Assembly (NCBI GenBank): GCA_017415485.1
Contig: JAFQGP010000075.1
Coordinates: forward strand, 635-64,634
Source: Clostridia bacterium
GTDB lineage: Bacteria; Bacillota; Clostridia; Oscillospirales; CAG-272
Length of the DNA stretch: 64,000 bases
Direction: 5' to 3'
The position numbers and the translations under genes are program-made. Positions 1 to 8,208 of the stretch are shown here, one piece after another. A model generated the notes under the pieces. That model did no database searches and was not told the origin of the DNA. It saw only the letters and a program-made list of their open reading frames with translations. The stretch's first letter is position 1, and the number at the start of each line of letters is the position of its first letter.

Positions 1-627
1 GCCCTCAGCCTCGATGCCGAAAACGTCCTTTGCATCCTCTTCGTTCGAGATGCAAACGTCAACGTACTCGCAAAGCTTTGTCATAGCCTCGCGTGCCTCG
101 GCTCTTGTCCAGAGCTTGCCGCGGTAGTTGAGGTCGCAGGAGATCTTTACACCCTTTGCCTTTGCAGCCTTGCAAGCCTCAAGGCAAATGTCAACGAGCT
201 TGCCGCCGAGAGCGGGAGTGATGCCGGTGAAGTGGAACCAATCCGCGCCGTCGAAGATCTGGTCCCAATCAAAGTCGGAGGGCTGTGCCTCTGCGATCGC
301 GGAGTGTGCGCGGTCATAGATACATACGGAACCTCTCTGGGACGCGCCCTTTTCGAGGTAGTAGATACCAACGCGATCACCGCCGCGGACGACCTTCGAG
401 GTGTCAACGCCGAAGTAGCGGAGAGAGTCGATCGCCGCCTGACCGATAGCGTGCTTGGGGAGCTTGGTTACGTAAGCGCTCTCAATGCCGAAGTTGGCAA
501 GAGAAACCGCAACGTTCGCCTCGCCGCCGCCGAAAGTGGCCTGCATTTGGTCGTTCTGGAAGAAACGGTAGTATCCGTTGGGTGCAAGGCGAAGCATAAT
601 TTCGCCGAATGTGATTACCTTGCTCAT
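1..627 (-). CDS. kdgK: 2-dehydro-3-deoxygluconokinase (PfkB family), first 209 codons; the C-terminus lies beyond the window start
   Basis: Open to the window edge, so absent from the ORF track. Minus-strand translation from ATG 627-625 reads MSKVITFGEIMLRLAPNGYYRFFQNDQMQATFGGGEANVAVSLANFG...GDRVGIYYLEKGASQRGS, a typical KDG-kinase N-terminus. ATGA start/stop overlap with eda. Hexuronate operon context. Confidence 0.85.
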   Translation of the reverse strand, partial: MSKVITFGEIMLRLAPNGYYRFFQNDQMQATFGGGEANVAVSLANFGIESAYVTKLPKHAIGQAAIDSLRYFGVDTSKVVRGGDRVGIYYLEKGASQRGSVCIYDRAHSAIAEAQPSDFDWDQIFDGADWFHFTGITPALGGKLVDICLEACKAAKAKGVKISCDLNYRGKLWTRAEAREAMTKLCEYVDVCISNEEDAKDVFGIEAEG

Positions 628-1181
628 TTGTCAGCCTCCATTTTTTCGAGCGCTTCCTTTACGAAGAAGCTGCCGCCGATGGCAACGATCTTGTCGAAAG
701 CGAGGAATTCGTCGATGTTGGAACGGTCAACTCCGCCCGTGGGGATGAACTTGACCTGCGGAAAGGGACCCGAAAGTGCCTTGAGTGCGGAAAGACCGCC
801 GTAAACGTTCGCGGGGAAGAATTTAACGGTGGTGATGCCGAGTTCGAGCGCCTGCATGATCTCGGTGGGAGTTACGCAACCGGGATAGTAGGGAATATTC
901 TTCTCAATGCAGATCTTTGCAACGGCTACCGAAAGACCGGGGGAAACGATGAACTGTGCACCTGCCGCAAGAGCCGCCTCACACTGTTCTGCGTTGATAA
1001 CGGTGCCCGCGCCGATGGACATTTCGGGGTAATTCTTGCAAGCATAAGCGATCGCCTCAGCCGCGCAAGCGGTGCGGAAGGTGATCTCCGCGGTGTTGAT
1101 ACCGCTGTGCTTGAGAGCGGTAAGTATCTTGTCGGTCTCGGAGAGTTCCTTGATCACGACAACGGGAATGTATTTTTCCAT
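624..1181 (-). CDS. eda: 2-dehydro-3-deoxyphosphogluconate (KDPG/KHG) aldolase
   Basis: 185-aa ORF of the expected size for this family. Motifs recognised: GAGTV, VKFFPANVYGG, IPTGGV. Translationally coupled to kdgK. Confidence 0.9.
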   Translation of the reverse strand: MEKYIPVVVIKELSETDKILTALKHSGINTAEITFRTACAAEAIAYACKNYPEMSIGAGTVINAEQCEAALAAGAQFIVSPGLSVAVAKICIEKNIPYYPGCVTPTEIMQALELGITTVKFFPANVYGGLSALKALSGPFPQVKFIPTGGVDRSNIDEFLAFDKIVAIGGSFFVKEALEKMEADK

Positions 1182-1215
1182 TATTATAATCCTTTCTGAT
1201 ATATTTCAATTGACG

Positions 1216-1556
1216 AGTGCGAACAAAGCGTTCTGGGTGTCCCCTCATCACCCGCTGCGGCGGGAGCTTCTCCCAGGAGAAGCCTGGGGTTACTGTGAGC
1301 TTCGTTTGGAATTCTCGAATCTTCGAATTATTATTAAATTGAAATTTGCCTTAGCAAATTTCTACCTTTTCATTCCGCTTTAGCGGAATATTTAACTCGC
1401 GCGAAGCGCGTATTTAACTTTTGCATAGCAAAAATTCAGCATTTCTCTAAGAGAGAAATATTTAGCTCAAGGCGTTAAGCCTCCCTGGGCTTCTCCTGGG
1501 AGAAGCTCCCTCCGCAGAGGGTGATGAGGGGACACCCAGAACGCTTTGTTCGCACT
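1216..1556. repeat. MITE-like structured repeat, copy 1 (69-bp terminal inverted repeats enclosing a string of short hairpins)
   Basis: Arm 1216-1284 is the reverse complement of 1488-1556 at 67 of 69 positions. The interior holds at least 5 short perfect hairpins. A second copy in inverted orientation lies at 19886-20305. Confidence 0.85.
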
Positions 1557-1567
1557 TGCTTTAGTAA

Positions 1568-2413
1568 TTATACTCCAGAGTATGCTGCAAAGCCGCAGTC
1601 GATGGGGAGAACCACGCCGGTGATAGCGGATGCGGAGCGGTCGTCGCAGAGGAAGAGGGTCGCGCCGAGGAGTTCTTCTGCGTCAACGTAACGTCCTGTG
1701 GGAGTGCCGTTCAGGATCTTCGCGCTTCTTGCGGTGGGGGTGCCGTCCTCGTTGAAGAGGAGCGCGCGGTTCTGTGCGGAAACGAGGAAGCCGGGAGCGA
1801 TGGCGTTGCAACGGATTCCGGTGCCTGCAAAGTGGGTCGCGAGCCACTGTGTGAAGTTCGAGATACCTGCCTTAGCCGCAGAGTATGCGGGGATCTTGGT
1901 GAGAGGAGTGTATGCATTCATCGAGGAGATGTTGAGAATGCAGCCGCCCTTCTTTGCTACGAGATCCTTTGCGAAAGCCTGAGTGGGAAGAAGTGTGCCC
2001 TGGAAGTTGAGCTTGAAGACGAAGTCAACGCCCGAAGGATCGAGGTCGAAGAAGGACTTGCCTCCCTCTTTTGCCTCGTGCTGATATTCGTTGTCGGTGG
2101 TAGCTCTGGGGTTGTTGCCGCCCGCGCCGTTTACGAGAATGTCGCAGGGACCGAGATCGGCAAGAACCGCCTGATGAACCTGCTCGAGCATTTCGGGATC
2201 GAGAACGTTTGCCTTGTAGCCCTCGCAGATGAAGCCCTCTGCCTTGAGCTCGTCTGCGAGCTTCTTAACAGCCTCTTCGTTGAGGTCGAGAGCCGCAACC
2301 TTTGCGCCCGACTGTGCGAACGCGCGAGCCATAGCGCCGCAGATAAGTCCACCCGCGCCGGTAACTACAACTACCTTGCCGGTGTAATCAATATTGATGG
2401 GAAGATTGATCAT
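1568..2413 (-). CDS. uxuB: SDR-family oxidoreductase, probably short-chain-type D-mannonate/fructuronate oxidoreductase
   Basis: TGAGGLICG Rossmann motif and a YSAAK catalytic motif. 281 aa. Lies immediately downstream of uxuA-uxaC. Confidence 0.7.
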   Translation of the reverse strand: MINLPINIDYTGKVVVVTGAGGLICGAMARAFAQSGAKVAALDLNEEAVKKLADELKAEGFICEGYKANVLDPEMLEQVHQAVLADLGPCDILVNGAGGNNPRATTDNEYQHEAKEGGKSFFDLDPSGVDFVFKLNFQGTLLPTQAFAKDLVAKKGGCILNISSMNAYTPLTKIPAYSAAKAGISNFTQWLATHFAGTGIRCNAIAPGFLVSAQNRALLFNEDGTPTARSAKILNGTPTGRYVDAEELLGATLFLCDDRSASAITGVVLPIDCGFAAYSGV

Positions 2414-2616
2414 GATTATTTACCTCTTAATATATTTCGAGTTTCTGCCAATTTATAGATCAGCATAATTTTATTAAATTCGTTTTTTCGGGGGCTTTGC
2501 CTCCGAAAAAACACCTTTCAGACGAGCAAAGCGAGTCCGCGCGCCGAGGGGAGCTGACAAAATCTTCGATTTTGTCAAGCGGCGATAAGCGCGCGCCTCA
2601 ATCGTAAAACGCAGTT

Positions 2617-3702
2617 TTACGATTGGAGCCTGTCAAGCGAATCCCAAACGCCGAGCATATACATAATGCCGAGCGCGCGGTCGTAAAGGCCGTAGCCGGG
2701 ACGTACCGTGCCGGGACCCTCGCCCCAGAGATGTCTGCCGTGGTCGGGACGGATGTAGCCCTCGAAGCCGCAATCGTGGTAAGCCTTGAGGATTTCAAGA
2801 ATGCCCGTGTCGCCGTCGCAGTCGCGGTGGCTCGCCTCGGAGAAGTCGCCGTTATCGAAATGCTTTACGTTGCGGATGTGTGCAAACGCGATACGGTCGC
2901 AATGCTTGCGGACGATGTCTGCAACGTTGTTGTTGAGGTCTGCGCCAAGGCTGCCGGAGCAGAGAGTCAGGCAGTTATATTCGTCGTCAACCATGCGCAG
3001 GAAGCGGTCGATGTTTTCCTCGTTGATGAGAAGACGGGGCAGACCGAAGATGTCCCAAGGCGGGTCGTCCATGTGGATAGCCATCTTGATGTCGCACTCG
3101 CGGCAGGTGGGCATGATAGCCTCGAGGAAGTATTTCAGGTTAGCCCAGAGCTTTTCGTGGTCAACGTCGGCATAAGCCTTAAAGAGCTCGTCGAGCTTTG
3201 CCATTCTTTCGGGCTCCCAACCGGGGAAGGACATATTGTATTTTTCGGTGAAATCAAGGATGTACTTCGCCATAGCGTTGTAGTCGTCCTGGATCATATT
3301 CTTTTCGTAGAAAAGAGCTGTCGAGCCGTCGCCGACGGGATGGAAGAGGTTCGATCTTGTCCAGTCGAAGATGGGCATGAAGTTGTAGCAGATTACCTTT
3401 ACTCCGAATTTCGAGAGGTTACGGATGGTCTGCTTGTAGTTTTCGATGTAGCCGTCGCGGGTGGGAAGACCGATCTTGATGTCGTCGTGAACGTTGACGG
3501 ACTCAACGACGTCCATATTGAAGCCGTATTCGTCGAGCTGACGCTTGACTTCTGCGATCTCATCGATCTCCCAGATCTCACCTGGCATCTTGTGATGGAG
3601 TGCCCAGACGATACCGGTAACACCGGGGATCTGCTTGATATCCGAGAGCTTGATCTTGTCATTGCCCTCGCCGTACCAGCGGAATGTCATTTGCATTGGC
3701 AT
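2617..3702 (-). CDS. uxuA: mannonate dehydratase
   Basis: 361 aa. The N-terminus ..MTFRWYGEGNDKIKL resembles the UxuA consensus (WRWYG). Pathway context. Confidence 0.92.
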   Translation of the reverse strand: MPMQMTFRWYGEGNDKIKLSDIKQIPGVTGIVWALHHKMPGEIWEIDEIAEVKRQLDEYGFNMDVVESVNVHDDIKIGLPTRDGYIENYKQTIRNLSKFGVKVICYNFMPIFDWTRSNLFHPVGDGSTALFYEKNMIQDDYNAMAKYILDFTEKYNMSFPGWEPERMAKLDELFKAYADVDHEKLWANLKYFLEAIMPTCRECDIKMAIHMDDPPWDIFGLPRLLINEENIDRFLRMVDDEYNCLTLCSGSLGADLNNNVADIVRKHCDRIAFAHIRNVKHFDNGDFSEASHRDCDGDTGILEILKAYHDCGFEGYIRPDHGRHLWGEGPGTVRPGYGLYDRALGIMYMLGVWDSLDRLQS

Positions 3703-3722
3703 GATTTATACCTCCGTATATT

Positions 3723-5123
3723 TTACATATAAAAATATCTTTTTGCGTTTTCGTAACAGATGCCGCGAACGATCTCGCCGAGCGCCTTTTCATCGTTCGG
3801 GTATTCGCCGTTCTCGACCCATTCGCCGATGAGGGCGCAAAGGATGCGGCGGAAATATTCGTGGCGGGTATAGGAAAGGAAGGAGCGCGAGTCGGTCAGC
3901 ATTCCGACAAAGTTGCCGAGGATGGAAAGGTTGGCAAGGCTTATGAGCTGATCGCGCATTCCCTCTTTGTTGTCGTTGAACCACCAAGCGCTGCCGTGCT
4001 GGAGCTTGCCCGCGACCTCGGTGCCCTGGAACGCGCCGATGATGGTGTCGATGAAGGCGTTGTCGGATGCGTCAAGGCTGTAAATGATCGTTCTCGGCAG
4101 GCTTTCCTCGCGGTAAAGTCTGTCAAGGAGCATCGAAAGCTTGCGGCAGCCGTCGTTCGGACCGATGCAGTCAAATCCCGTGTCGGGACCGATCTCCCGG
4201 AACATTGCGGAGTTGGGGTTGCGCAGGCAGTTGTAATGAAGCTGCATTGCCATACCCGTGCGGACGTATTCCTTCGCACAATGAACGAGAAGGGCAGTCT
4301 TGAATGCTTCTGCCTCTGCGGAGGGAACGACTTCGCCTGCAAGTCCGCGTGCGAGAATTGCTTCAAGCTCCTCGTCCGTGCCTTCTGCGTAAACCATAAA
4401 GTCAAGTCCGTGGTCACTTGCCTTGCATCCGCAGGATGCGAAATAGTCGATTCTGTCCGAAAGAGCTTTTTTGAGAGCACTTACGGAATTGATCTCGTAT
4501 CCGCAGACCGCGGAAAGCTTTCCGATATAGTCAAGCCAGCCGGCTTTGTCGATATTGAGCGCCTTATCGGGGCGGAAGGAGGGGGCAACAACGGTGTCGA
4601 AGGACTCGTCAGCCGCGATCAGCTTGTGATATTCAAGGCTGTCGACGGGATCGTCGGTGGTGCCGATGAAGGCAACGCCGCTCTGCCTGATGATTCCGCG
4701 CGCGCTCATATCAGCCTCGGCGAGCTTCTTGTTGCAGAGCTCCCAGACCTCGGGTGCGGTCTCGGCGTTCAGGATCCCGTAGTAGCCGAAATAACGCTTC
4801 AGCTCAAGGTGGCACCAATGGTACATGGGGTTGCCGATAGCCTTCGGAAGAGCTTCGGCGAATTTGAGAAACTTTTCGTAAGCGGGTGCGTCGCCGGTGA
4901 TGTAGCGTTCGGGGACGCCGTTTGAGCGCATCAGACGCCACTTGTAATGGTCGCCGCCGAGCCATATCTCGGTGATGTCGGCAAAACGCTTGTCCTCCCA
5001 TATCTCCTTGGGGGAGACGTGGCAATGGTAGTCGATGATCGGCGCATCTGAGGCGTATTTATGATAGAGTACTTTCGCCGTTTCGGTCGTCAGAAGAAAG
5101 TCTTCGGTTAAAAATCGAGTCAC
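3723..5123 (-). CDS. uxaC: glucuronate isomerase
   Basis: 466 aa. MTRFLTEDFLLTTETAKVLYHKYA..PIIDYHCH is the canonical UxaC N-terminus; also GMLTDSRSFLSYTRHEYFRRILC near the C-terminus. Confidence 0.95.
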   Translation of the reverse strand: MTRFLTEDFLLTTETAKVLYHKYASDAPIIDYHCHVSPKEIWEDKRFADITEIWLGGDHYKWRLMRSNGVPERYITGDAPAYEKFLKFAEALPKAIGNPMYHWCHLELKRYFGYYGILNAETAPEVWELCNKKLAEADMSARGIIRQSGVAFIGTTDDPVDSLEYHKLIAADESFDTVVAPSFRPDKALNIDKAGWLDYIGKLSAVCGYEINSVSALKKALSDRIDYFASCGCKASDHGLDFMVYAEGTDEELEAILARGLAGEVVPSAEAEAFKTALLVHCAKEYVRTGMAMQLHYNCLRNPNSAMFREIGPDTGFDCIGPNDGCRKLSMLLDRLYREESLPRTIIYSLDASDNAFIDTIIGAFQGTEVAGKLQHGSAWWFNDNKEGMRDQLISLANLSILGNFVGMLTDSRSFLSYTRHEYFRRILCALIGEWVENGEYPNDEKALGEIVRGICYENAKRYFYM

Positions 5124-5134
5124 TTTGCATCCTC

Positions 5135-6400
5135 CTATAGGTTTTGATTATTTTTGGTATATTCGCGGTATTCCTTCGGGGTCTTGCCCGTTTCTTTTTT
5201 GAATAGCTTGGTGAAATATTGCACGTCCATGATCCCGCAATGGAGCGCGATGGTCTGAACCTGCAGATTCGTCGTCGAGAGCAGATGCTTTGCCTGCCCC
5301 ACGCGCTTTTCTCTGATATATTCCGAGACCGTCTTGTCGGTCTCCTTTTTGAAGATCGTTGCCAGATACCCCGAGCTGACGTTTTGCGCCTCGGCAAGTG
5401 TGGCAAGCGAGAGGTTTGCCGAAAGGTCGGCGTCGATCATAAGGACTGCCTTCCTGACTATCGGCGAAAGCCCCTGCATCGTGTGCTTGCGGACGAGTCT
5501 GCAATAAGCGCGAAACATTTCAAGCATAAACTCTAAATGATCGTTGTACGAGGTGAGCGCTTCGATCCTCACCGCAAAAGAGGAGGAGAGGCTGTCAAGG
5601 TATACCGGATGCACACCGCCCTTTTCCGCCGCCTTTCGCAGAAGGGTGTTCATAATTATCGAGTAATTCTTCGCATTTCGCAAAGGATCGGACACGCGCT
5701 TTTCGAAATGGCTGTCCGAGAAAGCGGAAAAAAGCTGGTTCTCCTTGTGTATCTGCCCACGCGCGACCGCATCCATTATCTCATTTTCAAAGTCATATCG
5801 CTTTTCCATGAGCTTCATATTCATAAGCAGGGAATCGAAATCGTCCTGCCTGTCATTTTCATTGATGACGGGAATCAGCTGCGAATCGTAATTCTCGGCA
5901 AGGTCAACGAGAGCAAAGGCTGATGTGTCCCACAGATGCTCGCAGAAGGTGTTAAGGAAGATGAAAAGATTGTCATCGGGTGTGATGACGGGTATACCGG
6001 CATAGAATTCGTTAAGGTATTTGAGCGCCCCAAACGGAAAGGCGTTCTTTTCCGCTATCTCGAGAATTGCCGCCGAGGAAAGCGGGGCGGGGAGATAGGG
6101 ACCGATAACCAGTATAGCGGGCTTTTCATCGACGGTCAGCGATAAATAATTATAGCACAGTGAAAAGCGGTTGGTGGTTTTATAAAGCGTTTGTCCCTGC
6201 AGCTCACCGATAAATTCCGCAAGCGTGGTATTGCTTGTCGGCGGGATCGTCATAAACGAGCGGAATTGCTCGTTGGCAATGACGGATATCGGTTCGTCCG
6301 GGTTATGGAGAGAGACCGGAATTCTGCATTTTCCGAAAGCCTCGCGCAGAAACCTGAATTCGCTTGCATTAAACATCTTGATGCCTCTTTCATAGATCAT
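5135..6400 (-). CDS. AraC-family transcriptional regulator
   Basis: C-terminal double HTH (LATLAEAQNVSSGYLATIFKKETDKT...IALHCGIMDVQYFTKLFKKETGKTPKEYR). Divergently arranged from the transporter/GH2 pair. Confidence 0.85.
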   Translation of the reverse strand: MIYERGIKMFNASEFRFLREAFGKCRIPVSLHNPDEPISVIANEQFRSFMTIPPTSNTTLAEFIGELQGQTLYKTTNRFSLCYNYLSLTVDEKPAILVIGPYLPAPLSSAAILEIAEKNAFPFGALKYLNEFYAGIPVITPDDNLFIFLNTFCEHLWDTSAFALVDLAENYDSQLIPVINENDRQDDFDSLLMNMKLMEKRYDFENEIMDAVARGQIHKENQLFSAFSDSHFEKRVSDPLRNAKNYSIIMNTLLRKAAEKGGVHPVYLDSLSSSFAVRIEALTSYNDHLEFMLEMFRAYCRLVRKHTMQGLSPIVRKAVLMIDADLSANLSLATLAEAQNVSSGYLATIFKKETDKTVSEYIREKRVGQAKHLLSTTNLQVQTIALHCGIMDVQYFTKLFKKETGKTPKEYREYTKNNQNL

Positions 6401-6633
6401 TTTGGATCGCGGAGAAGAGTGGATATGAACAAATAATCCAAATATGCAGTATTATTATAACATAACTTTTAAGCAATTACAACATAAAAAATTCAATATG
6501 ATTAAAAAAATACAAAAACAGATGAAAAAAACACTCCCGAAGTTTTGCAAAATATCTTATACTTAAAATAAAGGATTTTGCCGTCGAAAAACATTGCGGC
6601 AAGTCCCAAAAAAACAGAAAGAGGATCTTTCAA

Positions 6634-8085
6634 ATGAAAAAGCAAAAAACGCCGCAGCTTGATGCTAACGGAAAGCGCAAGTTCGGCATACTCGACAGCG
6701 TATCCTATGCAGCCGGCGACCTTGGCTGTAATATGAGCTTTGCGCTCAAGGGCACAATGGCTGCCTTTTGGACTCAGGTAATGGGTCTCGGACTCTGGTA
6801 CTCACTCCTTCTCGTTGTAGTTCAGGTATGGGACGCTATCAACGACCCGCTCATTGGCTCCATAGTTGACTCTGACAGACACACCTACAAGAGAAACAAA
6901 TTCCTTCAGTACATCTGGGTCGGCTCGATCGGCCTTATCGTTGGCGGAGCTTGCTGCTTCCTGCCTTTCCCCGGCGCTCCCACTTGGGCTAAGATCATCA
7001 TCTTTATCGCCGGCTACGTAATTTGGGACGCTTTCTACACCGTTGCAAACGTACCCTACGGCTCCCTCCTTTCGCTTATCTCAAACGAGCCTGCTGACCG
7101 CGCATCCCTCTCCGCTTGGCGTTCCATCGGATCTATGCTCGGCAATATGCTTCCCATGGTCATCCTTCCCTTTATCATTTACAACGAGGACGAGTCCCTC
7201 AACGGTCCCCGCGTATTCCTCGCGGCTCTCATCATGGGCGTTCTCGGCTTCATCTGCTTCCAGTTTATGATCAAGACCACAGAGGTCCGTGTTGATACCG
7301 AACTCAAGGTCAGCGAAGAGCGCGAAAAGTTCAACGTCATCAAGGCGATGGGCAACTTCTGCACCAACCGTCCCGCAGTCGGCGCAACTCTTGCCGCTAT
7401 GGGTATGTTCATTGGTATGCAGGGCGCGGCTACCGCTGTTTCCGTTGTGTTCCAGATCTACTTTAAGAACACCGAAATTTCGGGTATAGTTCAGCTCTTC
7501 TCCATGATCCCGATCCTTGTATTTACTCCTCTTGCAAGAAAGATGGTTACAAAGTTCGGCAAGAAGGAGCTTTCCGTTGTCGGTGCCGTCTGCTCGATCA
7601 TCGGCGCTTGCGGACTCTTTATCATCACTCCCGATAACACCGGCACAGATCTTCTGATCTACATCCTCTGCCAGCTCGTATACAGCCTTGGTCTCGGTAT
7701 CTACTCCACCGTATCCTGGGCAATGATGGGCGACGCGATCGACTACAACGAGTGGAAGACCGGCAAGAGAGAAGAGGGCGTTGTTTACTCGCTCCATTCC
7801 TTCTTCCGTAAGCTCGCTCAGGGTGTTGGTCCCGCAGTTGCACTTGTTATTATGAGCACTCTCGGTTACGTCAACAACGCAGTTGACCCCGTCACCGGCG
7901 AGGCATTTATCGACGTTACTCTCCTTTCCTGGGACGTAGCAGTCAACCTCCGCTACCTCGTAGCAGCACTCTTCCTTGTTTCCGCTATCATGCAGTTTAT
8001 CGGTCTCGGTCTTGTTTACAACCTTGACAAGAAGACCCTTGCAAAGATGAACGCAGACCTCGAGGCAAGAAGAAGCGCAGAGTAA
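6634..8085 (+). CDS. GPH-family (glycoside-pentoside-hexuronide) cation symporter, probable glucuronide transporter
   Basis: 483 aa with about 12 hydrophobic segments. The N-terminal motif GDLGCNM...DAINDPLIGSIVD is typical of MelB/UidB-type carriers. Directly upstream of the GH2 glucuronidase. Confidence 0.8.
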   Translation: MKKQKTPQLDANGKRKFGILDSVSYAAGDLGCNMSFALKGTMAAFWTQVMGLGLWYSLLLVVVQVWDAINDPLIGSIVDSDRHTYKRNKFLQYIWVGSIGLIVGGACCFLPFPGAPTWAKIIIFIAGYVIWDAFYTVANVPYGSLLSLISNEPADRASLSAWRSIGSMLGNMLPMVILPFIIYNEDESLNGPRVFLAALIMGVLGFICFQFMIKTTEVRVDTELKVSEEREKFNVIKAMGNFCTNRPAVGATLAAMGMFIGMQGAATAVSVVFQIYFKNTEISGIVQLFSMIPILVFTPLARKMVTKFGKKELSVVGAVCSIIGACGLFIITPDNTGTDLLIYILCQLVYSLGLGIYSTVSWAMMGDAIDYNEWKTGKREEGVVYSLHSFFRKLAQGVGPAVALVIMSTLGYVNNAVDPVTGEAFIDVTLLSWDVAVNLRYLVAALFLVSAIMQFIGLGLVYNLDKKTLAKMNADLEARRSAE

Positions 8086-8208
8086 TTGCGATCAATGTAA
8101 TTCGGTGTCCGCTCCGAGGAGCCGGACACCGAAATTATCTTTGAGTTTATTCCCAATTCACATTTATTTAGTATAATCATTTCGTATCTATAAATCAGGA
8201 GAAATACC

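Noticed and set aside
2623-3732. Other long antisense ORFs: 2623..3732(+), 3861..4925(+), 10879..12036(+), 25838..26812(-), 29977..31278(+), 31527..32408(+), 39910..40914(-), 42361..43209(+), 50606..51670(-), 61108..62316(-), 20354..21322(-), 232..804(+)
   Set aside because: Each is fully contained in, and codon-aligned with, a gene on the other strand that has clear family motifs. None has a recognisable domain or ribosome-binding site.
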